Source: Callorhinchus milii (taxonomy: Eukaryota). From it: a stretch of DNA of 64,000 bases. The position numbers and the translations under genes are program-made. The stretch lies in the NCBI RefSeq assembly GCF_018977255.1, contig NW_024704742.1:45944001-46008000 (forward strand). The letters run 5' to 3'. Below the pieces are notes generated by a model. The model ran no database searches. It had not been told where the DNA came from and saw nothing but the letters and a program-made list of their open reading frames with translations. The number at the start of each line of letters is the position of its first letter. Within the stretch, counting starts at the first letter, position 1. Positions 13,469 through 26,757 of this stretch are shown here, piece by piece.

Positions 13469-13651
13469 CAGCTCTATATCTTCAAATATCCCCTCTGGGG
13501 ATAAGGTAAGTTAAATATAATGGGATGCACATTGCATGGTTTCTTAACAGAAACAAAAAAGTAGCACTTGTTCTTACATGAACATTGGCAAAACAACCTT
13601 TGCAAGGCAGTGGAGATAAATTTCAAAAGGGAATTAAATAGATTTAATAAT

Positions 13652-14100
13652 ACAACAAGAACAACTTGGATTTATATAGCGCCCTCGACGCCGAACAGCG
13701 TCTCAGAGCACTTCACAATAACGAATCCCGGGACCGAGCCAGGGGGAGGGAGAAGAAGGTGACCAAAGGCGCGGTCGAAAAGAAAGGTCTTAAGAAGGGA
13801 CCTGAAAGTAGGAAGAGAGGGGGCGAGGCGAAGGGAGTGAGGAAGGGAATTCCAGTGCCTCGGGGCTTAGTGGCTGAAGGCACGGCCGCCGAGGGTGGAG
13901 CGGAGGACTCAGTGGATTAAGAGGAGGCCTGGGATAGGGAGCCTGTGCAGTCTGGCAATGAAGGGTAATCGGGGAGCGGAGTTTGGTGCGGGTGCGAATG
14001 CGGGCGGCAGAGTTTTGGATGATTTGGATTTTATGGATGGTGGTGGATGAGAGACCGGCGAGGAGGGCATTAGAGTAGTCCAGTCGAGAGGTGACAACAT
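13652..14100 (-). mobile_element. L2 3' fragment, CpG-rich, internally deleted
   Basis: Minus strand encodes an [14 protein letters not shown] motif and LHRLPIP, then jumps to the GGRAFS/WNS region; (ttg)n-type tail. Confidence 0.88.
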
Positions 14101-15684
14101 GTCATACAGCGTCTTTCACAGCAGGAGGCCATCTCAAAGCGCTTCACAGTATTTTACAGTAAAACATGTTTATTTTGTAATGTGTACCTCTTTCTTTCTC
14201 TCATTCTTTCTTTCTCTTATTCCCTTAAGTCTCTCCAAGTCTCTATAACTTTTCATCTCTCTTTCTTTATGATTGTCTATTTCTGCAATATTAAATTAAA
14301 CATTGACTTTTGTGCAAAAAAAGAGTATCTATGTACAAAGTTGGCTTCTATGTTATTAGACCAGTGAATTATTTCAAATGAGCCACTAAATCATTTATAA
14401 TTCATTTTCCTTAATTTAAAAGGGATATTTTACTACTAGTAAAGTTCATACCAATCAAGTTTTGCATCACCCTGAGAAATAGTGCATGAAACAGAATCCT
14501 TATTCCACCCTCCTAGGAATCCGTAACCAGTTGATTTTCTGCCATTGAAGACTGAGGGATTGCCAATTACTCCATGTTCTGGATTCTTATCCCAGTTTGT
14601 GCCTTTGGACATCCACCCGACATGAAAGGCAGTTTACAAATGCAATCTGTTGTTGCTGTTGTACCGCATTGCCAAAGCCACTCAAACAGCAGATGTTACG
14701 ACACAGACCTGAATTTTACAGAATAAAAGAATGAAACAAAAGAGTAACATATGTAACCAACAATTACGTTAGCAACAGAATATTGAAAAATCAATGAGAA
14801 ATACTTTTTAAAGTTACTGCATTTCTTACATCAAAAAGTTGAGATAGAAATTATATGAAGTGTTTCTGAAGGTATAATACTTCTGAAAAAAATATCAAAA
14901 TTGTATTAATTGATCAAAAATCCTGTTCAATCATAATTGTACATTTCTTACTGATCACAAGAGACTTTCTGATGAAGAAGGCCCTTTAGATGCTAATGTC
15001 TAATTTTTTTAGAATACCAACCCTACTGTATTCCCATTATATCACCAAACAACCTCTATGCAATGTCTGAACTGCAATTATCTAATAATATTAATACTAG
15101 TAAATTATAATCCCTGCTTTAGATAGAGCTCCTTTCACGATGAGAGAAGATCCAAAAGTGCTTCACAAGATTTAGTGCAAAGTTGCAATGACTGTAAATT
15201 TTATAAGCAATATCCCACTAACATCTATGAAGCGAAAGACCAATTTTATTGGCCAGGAGATCAGGAGAAACTTCCTTCTCTTGTCAATGCTACAGGTATT
15301 CAAGGCTAATTACAAGACAGTGCACAATCAAACAGGGAGATAACATGTGTGGCCTCATCCTTCTAATATAATAACATATTACAACAATTCTGTTGGTTCA
15401 ATGTGGGTCTTGACTCCCATCTGAGGAGGGATTTTCACAATGCAAGGCTTTCTTTAACAAATGAAGAGAAACACAAACACGCCACAAATAGACTCTAGTT
15501 TATAAATTAAAAAAGACGCAGAATTGTTTCATTGAACTTTGTATTTTATGCAGCTATCAAGTGCCTATCTCATAACTTGTTTTAAACTTTAATACGATAT
15601 TTTGAAATACAGAATAACGTGCAGGATTATATCCCAAAATTTGTGTTTTTACAAATGTTATTTCACCATTTTTGGTGACACCAT

Positions 15685-15942
15685 TTAATAATAATAATAA
15701 TAATAATAGTAATCCTTGCATTTGATATAGCGCTTTTCACGTCTTCTAGACGTCCCAAAGCTCTTCACAGAATATACTGTAAAGTGAATTGACTTTATAT
15801 TTGTAGGCGAACGCGGCAGCTAATTGCGCACAGCAATGTCCCACAAACAGTCATAGATTGAAAATGACCAATTTTATTATTGTTTTTTGTTTTGGAGGGA
15901 TTATTATTAGGCGTGTGGAGTAAGGAAACTTGCCCAAGGTTT
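15685..15942 (-). mobile_element. Young SINE lacking the tRNA head
   Basis: Near-identical reverse complement of 16900-17141. Confidence 0.9.
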
Positions 15943-16823
15943 GTTACTTTTAATGTGAAAGTAATGAATGACCTGAATGTAATGAATGTAACTTTATTTG
16001 CTGTGTCTACATTTTTACTTACCAAGTTATTTTTCTTCTTTGAAAAAAAAGCTCTGTTGTGGGGATCTTTTGTTTGTCCGCTGTCATGGGAAATCTTTCA
16101 AAGTTCACACAAAGTAGCAGATCAGCCCCAACTTGGCAATGCAACCTAACATATGCCTATTAAATAGTTTGTGGACTCATCTGGATTGATCCATGTATCT
16201 TTCTATTATACTGTTGGTCTGGCTATCATTTACATATTAATGTAGCATGTGGTTGGCCTTGCACCATTTCACAAGTATGTAAATTATTTATCATTGCTAT
16301 GGATTTTCACAAGAACACTTTCCAAGGATTCTAATTCCTGGCAGGAAGAGGAGACTTTCATCCGATAAATTTGGACTGATTTCAAAACTCAATACAGAGC
16401 TCCAAAGGCTTGTATACCGACAGAAAACACCATTTCATTTCTTCCCTTTCTGCATTATAATCAGGATATTCAAAAATCAGGGAATTGTAGATTGCAGTTT
16501 CAACTGCCAAATTAGTTGGAATCGGAACTCTGTTGTGGAAAAATGTTCCTATGAGTTTTAAACGATACAGTCAAATCGTAGTCAGTACAGATCTGGAAAC
16601 AATAGATTTATCATAAGAGAGCTAACTGACAGGTGAGTGAAGAAAATGCAGTGAATATATACATCAATTTTCAGAAGATGTATGATGTTTCTACATTTAA
16701 TGGATTTGAATACTACTACAACTACTACTAATAATAATACTTACATTTGTATAGAGGCTTCCACATCAGGAGAACATTCCAAAGTGCTTTCAGGATATTC
16801 TGTAAAGTGCATTGTCTGTATGT

Positions 16824-17141
16824 GTCCTGTAGCTCAGTGGTTAGAGCATTCGCTTTGCAAGCCAGAGACCTGAGTTCAATTCCAGGCAGGGCGAAACCTT
16901 GGGCAAGTTTCCTTACTCCACACGGCTAATAATAATCCCTCCAAAAAAACAAAACAATAATAAATTGGTCATTTTCAATCTACGACTGTTTGTGGGACAT
17001 TGCTGTGCGCAATTGGCTGCCGCGTTCGCCCACAAATATACAGTCAATTCACTTTACAGTGTGTTCTGTGAAGCGCTTTGGGACGTCCTCCCGACGTGAA
17101 AAGCGCTATATCAAATGCAAGGATTATTATTATTATTATTA
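16824..17141 (+). mobile_element. Full-length young tRNA-derived SINE (SINE2-1_CM-like; Deu segment, L2 tail)
   Basis: A box tagctcagtgg, B box agttcaattcc, Deu segment tgtttgtgggacattgctgtgcgcaattggctgccgcg, L2-type stem-loop tail, (att)n end. Confidence 0.93.
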
Positions 17142-17649
17142 AGATATGATAATGGTACAAAAAACCGCTAGTTATAATAAAAAGTATATTTTAGCAGAAA
17201 TGAGATGATAATTAAAAAAGGCACTTTTTTGTAGTCATAGATCCAATGACCAGTCGATTATTTCAGACTCAATTGCATTGAGTCATAGCTGGATATCAGA
17301 TAGAACACATTCACAGAGTGGATCATTTTCACGATACCTTTTTTTTCCTATTAGCTAAGCAGTAGGTGTAGCCTGATTTGGTGGATCAATCAATCCTATG
17401 AGCTCTAAATAATTCTGGATCAAATATTGCCTCCTGCTAGATCAGAATATTTAGTTCAGAAGAAACAAAATATTACAGAGTATGGATTTGCAAGATAATA
17501 CCAAATTAAGAAACTAATCTGTTTTGGAATACCACAATGTTGCCCCTTGAAAGCAAACACCAAGTTTATGTTATGTTAAATATTGTATGTGTATAAATAA
17601 TTAAAATAAATACATTCAAAATTGGAATATTTCTGACAAATTGTTAATA

Positions 17650-17910
17650 TGATAATAATAATCTTTGCATTTGGTATAGTTCCTTTTATGTCAGGAGGAT
17701 GTCCCATTGTGCTATACAGGATATATCGTAAAGTGACTGTGTTTTGTGGGCAAACACAGCAGTAAATTTGCATAGCAATGTCCCGCAAACAACCATGGAG
17801 TGAATAACCAATTTAATTTGGGGGATTGTTGGCTCAGACACTGGGATCTTTAAAATCCAACTGAACAGATAGACAGAGCCTCAGTTTAAAGTCTCATCAA
17901 AGGATTACAT
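17650..17910 (-). mobile_element. Older DeuSINE, 3' part
   Basis: Tail plus gggatctttaaaatccaactgaacag...cctcagtttaaagtctcatc. Confidence 0.7.
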
Positions 17911-18726
17911 CCCTTTGTACTTAAATGCTGTAAAAAATATTTGTTTGAATGGAATATGATTATTTTATTGTTCACTTGCCTAGGCAATTCCAGGAATAAA
18001 ATAATCAAGTGTGCTGTGATTTAAAGATTCAAATAACATTTTATTATAAAGCGTTTGTTGATTGGAAGAACTACCACTAAAATAAATTAATCTCAGGTGT
18101 TAGCCTTGAAAAGGAGGTTGACAAATATTTGGTTAGTAAAAGGTTTGAGGGTTTTAAGGATAAATGCAGACAAATATGGCCAAGTATATTGCACAACACT
18201 ATTACTCCAATACTGAAGGAGAAAACTCATTTGTAGATTCCTGGACAGAATTGAATAAGTTTAAATTGGTATCTAGCAGTTATTTGCTTGAATGCCTTCA
18301 GGAAGCCTAGGAGAGATTAAAAGAAGATTCTCTTCCTGGAAGTTTTACCTGTGATTAATGACCTCCCTCTAGTGATTAATTGTAACGGGTGACACACATA
18401 ATAGATCGGCACACTGGATTTTCAAGGCCCTAGGTTTGAATCCAATCAGAAATGAAGAGGCTATAAAGATATAAATCTACAAGACTCAAGAGGTACCTCT
18501 TTGACGGCACTTTTGTTTATTCTTTCCCTTTCCACCCACCTCGACTTGCAGGTACCCAGCATCACTGTGAAGTGCTTTGAGATGTCCTCCTGATGTGAAA
18601 GGCACTATACAAATGTAAGTTGCATTCTATTGGATAGTAGTGCTTTGTTATCTGAGGTTAGGGGTTAGGGCAATTTTTTTGAATAGAAAATAGAATCACT
18701 TTAAAAAAAAGCTGGTTTCACAATTC

Positions 18727-19020
18727 CAAATAATAATAATAATCCTTGCATTTGATATAGTGTTTTTCACGTCTTCTAGAGTTTCAAAGCGCTTCACGGA
18801 ATACGCTGTAAAGCGATTGACTGTATATTTGTGGGTAAAACACGGAAGCCAATGGCACACAGCAGTATCCCCGCAAGCACTTGTGGATGGAAATGACCAA
18901 TTTATTATTGTTTTTTTTTCTTGAGGGGTTATTATTAGGCGTGTGGAGTAAGGAAATTTGTCCAAGGTTTTGCCCTGCTGGGAATCGAACCCAGGTCTCT
19001 CGCTTGAGAGGCAAATGCTA
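18727..19020 (-). mobile_element. Young SINE, near full length
   Basis: Reverse complement of the 53098 copy through gggaatcgaacccaggtctctcgcttg. Confidence 0.9.
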
Positions 19021-19119
19021 GATTGTAGCGATTAGAATAAGAACTTTGAAGAGTACACAATAACCGAGAACCTGAAATACCATTCCTTTTCATTATTTGT
19101 GCAAGGGCAGAACATGAAA

Positions 19120-19360
19120 CAAGTTCCTGTCTGCCTGTTCAGGTACTATTTGAAAAGAGAAGAGTTTCTTCCAGTTTCCAGTGAACAATTTCCCCACATA
19201 AAAGTGATCATTCACATCATGGCTGTTCGTGGGACACTGCTGCATGCAAATTGGCTGGCATAAAACCACAGTCACTACACTCAACAGTAAATCCTGTGAA
19301 GCTCATGAGGCGTCCTCCCAATGTGAAAAGTGTAATATCAAATGCAAGGATTATTCTTAC
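19120..19360 (+). mobile_element. Older DeuSINE, 3' part
   Basis: gtctgcctgttcagg...tatttgaaaagag...gtgggacactgctgcatgcaaattggctg...tail. Confidence 0.65.
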
Positions 19361-19999
19361 TAATATTAATTATGTGCTGGGTTTAGTGTTGGTAGCTAGC
19401 ATGAAGAGCATGAATTTAAGATTATTATTTTTGTAATTGCCTTATGCAAATTAAAGGCACATCTGAAAAGAAAAAAATATATATGATAGTTGTAAGGAGA
19501 AAAGACAAAGGAGGCATTTAACTCTTACTGAGAGCTGGCCCAGACAGAATGGGCTGAGTAATCATCATGTGTTAAGTAATCCTAGGATTCTGGGAACAGC
19601 CTGGTTTCTACCTTTGAAATGATTTTGTCCAGGGGTTTGCAGCACATTCACATTGCAGAATGACATCTTATACAGAAATTATGTACAATTAGATGTGTCA
19701 TTTCATACATACTGTGCAGCAAAACCATTGTGTAATTCAATGGAAATGTTGTTCTTCAGAAGCAACATTCTGAAAGGCCTACTGTGGCCTCATCCAAACA
19801 GATACCCTTTATATTCAATACGTTGTATTGTAGCCTTGCAGAATGCCAATGTTTTGTATGTATACATCTTCCTATGTTACACATTGCAGCTACATAGTGT
19901 AATATGTTTTTGCAGAACTGCAGCTCTGTGGCAACTGTATGGTAAGATTTTTATTATTTTATTTACCCTTTTCATTCCATTATCTTAATTTAGCCACCA

Positions 20000-20370
20000 T
20001 CTTCAGATGAGGTGTTAATCTGAGGCTTCATTTGTCTGTTCAGACGGATGTTTAAATATCCCATAGCATTACACAAAAAGAGCAGGGAGTGTCTCCCAAA
20101 GTTGTTGCTAATAATCCCCCAAATAAAATTGGTCATTCAGTCATGGCTGTTTATGGGACATTGTAGAATGTGGAACACCCAGCCTCAGCAGGTCACGAAT
20201 ACAGATCTGATTTGACTGAAATATTCTTAAGGGAAAATGATAGATACAGGGCAAGCAGGGGTACCACCTACACATTGCTACATTTTATGATACATCCTGT
20301 GAAAAGCTTTGAGATGTCGACCTGATACGAAAGACGCCATATCAAATGTAAACATTCTTATTATTATTAA
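20000..20370 (+). mobile_element. Older DeuSINE fragments
   Basis: cagatgaggtgttaatctgagg...gtctgttcagacggatg..., with a tail at 20295-20368. Confidence 0.6.
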
Positions 20371-20969
20371 ACTAAAATGCTGTCTGTATATGTTGCATTC
20401 AGGGAGCTGAGAGACGAGACCAAGTGAAGGTGACTATCCACTTAATTAAGCAGCAGAAGCTCCAGGAGAGACGGTACAAATTGACACAGTTGCAATTTCC
20501 TGTGTTTTTAGTGTTCAAAATTCTGTAATGGAACAGAATATTTTAAATAGCTGTTCATAAGGGTACGCTCATAATTCATTACTGATCAAACAGAATGGAT
20601 AGTTTAGTCATTATTTTAAGTTTCCTGAAGCTAAAACTTAATAGTGTGAGTTAGGGGAAAAGTTGATTTTACAATTAATCTAATTTGGATATGTAAATGA
20701 GGCCTAATTAATGACATTCATTAACAGGTTGCTCCTAATAGCATAAGGATTTGCAAAGATGCAACATACGGTTTACGTTTTAGGCTAAAATATATTCTGG
20801 AATGAGAACTAATTAGTCTAATTCATGGATATCTTATTCATCTATTAACATAACAAAGAGAAGAGTTCCGTTTTCTGAATGAAAACCGGCCTCACTGCTG
20901 ACTGTGGCTCGAGCATCTTCATACCTAAGGCCGATCCCTCTCTCAAGCCCACACCACTTTCTACCCACA

Positions 20970-21283
20970 GGTCATGTAGTGCATTGATCAGAGCACTCGC
21001 CTCGCAAGCGAGAGACCTGGGTTTGATTCACGGCAGGGTGAAACTTTGGGCAAGTTTCCTTACACCACAAGCCTGATAATAATCCCTCAAGAAAAAATAA
21101 CAATAATAATTTGGTCACTTTAATCCACGACTCTTTGTGGGACACTGCTGTGCACAAATGACTGCTGTGTTTCACTCACAAATATACAGTCAATTCACTT
21201 TACAGTCTATTCTGTGAAGCACTTTGAGACATCTAGAAGGCATGAGAAGTGCTATATGAATTGCAAGGTTTATTATTATTATA
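20970..21283 (+). mobile_element. Young SINE, full length
   Basis: Collinear with 53098-53404. Confidence 0.9.
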
Positions 21284-21319
21284 TATGAAGCCCATGATCA
21301 CCCATATGAAGCCCACCAT

Positions 21320-21965
21320 CACCGCTGTCATCACTCCTCTCCTTATTAAACCTACCCTCTATCCCTGCACAGACTTCAGACGCATCTCACACCTGCCCTT
21401 CCTGGCCAAAGTTTTGGAATGCTTTGTTGCAAATTAACTTCACTCACACCTCTCCCTCCACTCCCTACTCGAACCCCTCCAGTCTGGTTTTCGCCCTGCC
21501 CACAGTGCAGGGCTCATCCAAGTAACAAATGACGTCCTCTCTCTCTCTGACGTCCAAATGACTTCCTAGTCACATCCATTTCCTGAGCAGGAATGCTTTT
21601 TTCCCGTCACATTACTCATCTCCATCCGTACCTCACAACCAAAGCAGCGGAAAACCCTCGTCCACGCCTTTGGCACTTCCCGCTGAACTATTCCAATGCC
21701 CTCCTTGCTGGTCTTCCCAGCTCCACCATACACAAAATTCAAGTAATTCAAAACTTTGCCACCTGGATACTCACCCGCACAAAACTCCGTACTCCATCAC
21801 ACCAGTCCTTGCTAGGCTCCACTGGCTTCAACCACTATGTCCTGAAACTCTGGAACTCTCTCCCTCAATCCCTCTACCTTGCCCCCTTACTCCCCATTTT
21901 CAAATCCTACCTAAAGACTTTCCTTTTTGATTGTGCTGATGGCCACCTCCCCCCTCCATTTCTTT
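21320..21965 (+). mobile_element. L2 remnant with RT N-terminal motifs and large internal deletions
   Basis: AVITPLLIKPTL...RRISHLPFLAKVLE and QSGFRPAHS, then [18 protein letters not shown] and KTFLFD. Confidence 0.85.
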
Positions 21966-22019
21966 TACTGGTACACAGCTTTATGGACGCTAGGCATGCA
22001 TGCCCATGGCCACAATTAT

Positions 22020-22350
22020 TAGTACTGCTTGGCAGTGAGTGTTTGCAGGCTATTGGGTTATGTGTGTGCATGTGTGCATAGGGGAAGGGGGCAGATTGCA
22101 ATTGTGCCTGATGTGTCCTTCAGTGGCCTTCACATATGTTCACCCTCAACGGGGATCTCTAAACAACAGTAAACAGTAAGAAACCTGGCTGATTTCTCCC
22201 TCACTAACCAGGGGGCTGAAGCCAATTATAGAACCTCGAAGTCCTACCCTGGCTCTGGTCCACTAACTCAGCACAGATTATTTGAACTTGTGAACATTCA
22301 CTGTCAGTATGGCCCAGCCACTTACTGAATACACTCAGTGAGCTATTGGA
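22020..22350 (-). mobile_element. Ancient tRNA-type SINE, second family (not named)
   Basis: ctggctgatttctccctcactaaccagggggctgaagccaatt...ctaactcagcacaga; related copies at 30660, 38580 and 38920, fragment near 52482. Confidence 0.6.
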
Positions 22351-24449
22351 CGTGTTATTAACCTTTTTAATGTGTTTTCCCCCCTTTTCTGCACTCCTTT
22401 GGTCTCACGAGGCCAGGTATGACTCGTAAAAGGAAGGTAGGTGACCTGCTAACAGGCCCCTGGCAATATAGCTCTAAACTGGTGACAATGAAACACAAGA
22501 TACCAAACCAGAGATGACCTCCTTATAGATTTTGTTTCCTCCCATCCCCTTCTGTTGGGAGCCATTGGTTTATTTATAGATTTTACTCTAAATGATTAAC
22601 TAGTTTTGTCAGCAGAATAGTGTTCAGATAATGCTACTACAACAAAATTAGCAGAGTTTTCAAATATAGCTTGGCACACTTAGTAGAAAGAGAGGGCCCT
22701 AGTGGGACATTAATGTAAAGGGTGTCCTCCATTTCACTCCTGGTGCATCAAGCTCCTTCAAATTTACATTTTGTAACTCAGAGTTTTCAAGGTTTTATGA
22801 TCCTCATATTATTTAAGGCTGCAAAAAAAAGAACAATTTCAATTTTCAAAGTCCTGTAACACTGCAATATTAATAGGAAAGACACAAAAGATAGGTTTAC
22901 ATGAAAGCAAACTGTTGTAAATGTCCCCATAATGGGGAATGACTTTACGAAGGATGGGTGTTAGCTAAGGATGAGTGTTCTCGTTAATTTGAACTTTATC
23001 ACTGGATTTGAAATCAGAGGTTTTCAGCTTGGATTCAATGAGTTTTATGGGCATATCACATAAGTTATCATAGCAGGTGTTCTTACCAAGCTATTCCACA
23101 TCAATTAAATAGCTCTACAAAGATATAAAGTTTGATTTTTCGCATAACACTATCTTCCACCTCCTGTTAAATTACCAGAATCAGATAGATATGCACTCAA
23201 AATTTTACATATTCCCTTTTTGTTATACAACTAATAGATTTACCAACGCATACAGCAGTGAGGGAAGCAACTGAAAACCCCTCTGGACCATCAACTAGCA
23301 GATCCAAGATATTTTTGTGAGTTTTGTGCTCTCCGAGGAGATAGCACTTTCAAATTAATCATTGGGTTAAGTTATAGTGTTCCAAAATATGTTGATTAAC
23401 TTATTTAAGGAACATGTTAATGCACCCCTCTCCAGGTAAGTTGTTTGCATTTTGTTGGAAAACATCAGTCAGATGCAAAATAAAGCTTCTTCTGTGCTCT
23501 CCAAATTAAGTGGGTCAGCCTCAACCTCAGAAGAATCCCTATTGTATCTGCGATATTTTCCGTTTGCTACACCAGCCATTTTTGTGGACTTTTCTCGTTG
23601 AGATTCAGAATGGATAGACATTGCTGAAGTTCATCTACAAAGAGCACTTCCAGCCAGCAGACAAGACAATCTTTTATTTCCTCTGGCTCTCTAGATTCAA
23701 ACCCAAATCTCCAAAATGAAAGATTCTAATGCTAAGTTAATCCATCAGCTACAGTGCTATAACAATACTGAAATCAGCTGCTTTACAATAAAAGAACATT
23801 TTTATTACTCCAGTCATTTATTTTGAATGAGGAAAACAAAAAGCAATGAAGGTAAAGTCACACAAGGCAGATGGAAATGTTGTCTTTGTGAAAACTGATA
23901 GCACTATGATCGTAAAATAAACATTAGCAGCAGGAAATTAACTATAAGGCCCAACAATTCTGTGCATTTTTAAGATCCAGCCAACAGAAATAACTTGTTG
24001 GAATTTTAATGTTATCATCCTGCTTCTAATTATTTTTTTAAAAAAAAGTATGGGGCACTTACAAGCAGGATTTTCTGAACTGGACTTTATTTGGCCAGAC
24101 TCTCTTTCTTGACAATGAATCTGTTGCTGGTTACCAATGGGTGATAAGATTGTTAGTTGGCTGATAACACACAGTATGCCATTTGCAAACAAATACATGG
24201 CATGAAGCACGCCACCGTTTTCACATGCTTATTACTCAAATCAGATTGCACTATGTGCTGAATATTTGATGTTCCGCCCTATGACATGAAAATATCTTAA
24301 ACATTTTATTCAACTGGGCTTATGGTTTCCTCTCTCCCTTGCTCAGGGTCAAGCTTTGACACTGTTAAGTTCTCTGAGTCGCTACTCTGCCTGAAGAGTA
24401 CCATATAAATGTAAATTGTTGTCATTGTTGTTGCTGTTAAGTGAGCTAC

Positions 24450-24822
24450 TGAGATTTTCTGTGAAGTGTAATCACTGTGTATTTGTTGGCAAACATGGCA
24501 ACCATGAAGCGAATGCCCATTTTTTGATATCCTGGGGAATGTTGGCCAGGATACCGGGAGAAAATACCTTCTCTTTTCAAATAGGGACCTATGATGTTCA
24601 CCTGAATATGAGACCTTGGTTTAATGTCTCATCCAAACAATGGTATCGGCAACGCTGCAGGCTTCCCCAGCATGACACGATGGGCTGAATGGCCTTCTTC
24701 TGTGCTGTATAATTCTATGACATTGGAGTGTCAGCATGGATTATAAACTGAAAATCCTGATGTGAGGCTTGAATCCACAACCTTCTAACTCAGAAGTGAG
24801 AGCACTACCAATTGAGCCACAG
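24450..24822 (-). mobile_element. Older DeuSINE interrupted by a short CR1 tail (~24672-24720)
   Basis: Deu and head motifs flank gatgggctgaatggccttcttctgtgctgtataattctatga. Confidence 0.7.
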
Positions 24823-25519
24823 TGAGGTGATTCTACACCCCTATATGTACACCTACAATATGGCTCGCTCGCTCCCCCTTGCAGAGTGTACTGGGTGGCC
24901 TCTGTGTTCTATACTCACTAATGAATGTAAGTCCCTAAAACTAGGTGTAACTTAACTAATGAGTTCTTTCACGACAACAGGTACTACCAATTGCTATTGA
25001 AATTAAAATGAATTGGAAGCTTCTGTCTAGGTCTTTTATTCTAAGTTTGTGTATTCACTCCTTTGATTTATACAGAAAGCTTTGGAAAGCATGGTCAAGT
25101 AAACTCAACAGAATTTTAATGTAGTTTCAATAAAATCCACAACACTCAGCATTCAATCTTAAATGCCATAATAAATATCAACAAACACAACTATAAAATA
25201 ACAAACACTAATCACACTTAAACTAAACATGCTTGCAGCCATTTGTAATGAAGTTAATATAAAGTGCACAAAAAAAATCTGACTACTACTCATCAATAGT
25301 CATGGCATGTAACTTTTGATGTCATCAGGTAGAAAATAGCAACCTTAAGCACATGGCGCTTGTTCTTTTATGGGCATTGAGCCCCTCCTTGAAGTAGCAA
25401 ACCCAATTGTAATTGTATTGCACCAATCATTTGATGTAATTAGTGCCTTTTTATGGTCCAATCAAAATCATTGTTTAAGTGACCAATTAGGGAAACAATG
25501 CACTTTCCAATCTATTGGA

Positions 25520-26140
25520 CCTGAGCTGGGTGTTGGGATCGGGGAGGGCAGGGGAGGAAGCAGGGAGATCAAAAGCATGGTCGAAGATTAAGGTTTTGAG
25601 ACAGGTCTTCAATGAGGCAAGGGAGGGGGTGAGGTGGAGGTACTGCAGAATGGAGTTCCAGAGGGTAGGGGCAGAGTGACAGCAGTGCCAATAGTGGGAC
25701 GAGCAAGGCAGGGGACACGAAGCAGGCCGGAGCCCACTGAGCGGAGGAGGCAAGCAGGATGGTAGGAGGTTAGGGGGTCGCAAAAGTAGAGGGGAGCAAG
25801 ACCATTGAGGGCTTTGAAGGTGAGGATCAGGATCTTGAACTGTATCCTCTGTGGGATGGGAAGCCAGTGGAGTTGAGCGAGGGTGGGGTGTGATAGGATC
25901 ACGGAGCCTGGTGCGGGACAGGACACAGGCTGCAGAGTTCTGGATGATTTGCAGCCTATGGAGGGAGAAGTTGGGGAGCCCAACAAGCAAGGAGTTTGCA
26001 TAGTCAAGCCTTGATGTAATGCAAGTGTGTATAAGAGTTTTGGTGGTCTGCATAGTGAGACAGTGGTGAAGCCAGGTGATGATGCGGAGGTGGGGGAAGG
26101 CAGAACGGGTCATAGCATAGATGTCGGTTAGGAAGGATAG
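25520..26140 (-). mobile_element. L2 3' part (continues at 26758-26812)
   Basis: ORF track gives ITSRLDYANSLLVGLP...IQNSAA and LHWLPIPQRIQFKILILTFKAL. Confidence 0.92.
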
Positions 26141-26757
26141 TGTTAGAAAATAAAATCAGCCAAATCTGCAAGGAAATAACACTAATTCCTCTAACCAGAT
26201 ATCAGACTGTTTTATTATAATTTGTTCGTTATTCCCCAATATCCCGATGGGTCAGACCAAAGGCCGGTACAATCAACAGATCTTATAACAGAATAACACC
26301 ACTATAGATATCTCGAGTTCAAGAGTTCAACACTGTGTCTTTCCAGCACACAAGCTTGATTCTTCATGCTTTCAGTCTTCTTGCTTACAGCTTTCAATCT
26401 TCCATCTGATATCCTCAGTCTTAGTGTTTCCAGCTCTCAGTCTTCCATCTTTGTATCCTTGTCTCCGTGACCCGGGACGGCCCCGTACACAAAGTTATCG
26501 GAACTCTTATACCGATGTTCGTCCAATCATGGTGTGGATATTAGATCACCTGTCGAAATCATGCCGGGTTCACGTGAACACTCATGGGGTGTACGTGCCT
26601 CACACACACAAATACACTGTCCTTGAGACAGTCCGTTATCTCGTGTTCGTGTAGGGAGTTTCAGTCCAGCTGCCCACAACACATTTAACTTAAAAGTTAA
26701 CCCGTTCGCAACATCTATTATGATTCTAACATTATACAAAAAGTGTAAATTCTAACA
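26141..26757 (-). mobile_element. Solo LTR, 617 bp
   Basis: TGTTAGAA...TTCTAACA termini; ATAG TSD at 26137-26140 and 26758-26761; L2 resumes seamlessly across it; AATAAA on the minus strand near 26211. Confidence 0.85.

Noticed and set aside
14955..15050. Hammerhead ribozyme (CTGATGA)
   Set aside because: The context matches the reverse-complement CR1 3' end seen at 49010, and there is no correctly placed GAAA core.
25487..26113. 208-aa ORF as a host gene
   Set aside because: Frameshifted L2 ORF2 (SRLDYANSLL motif).
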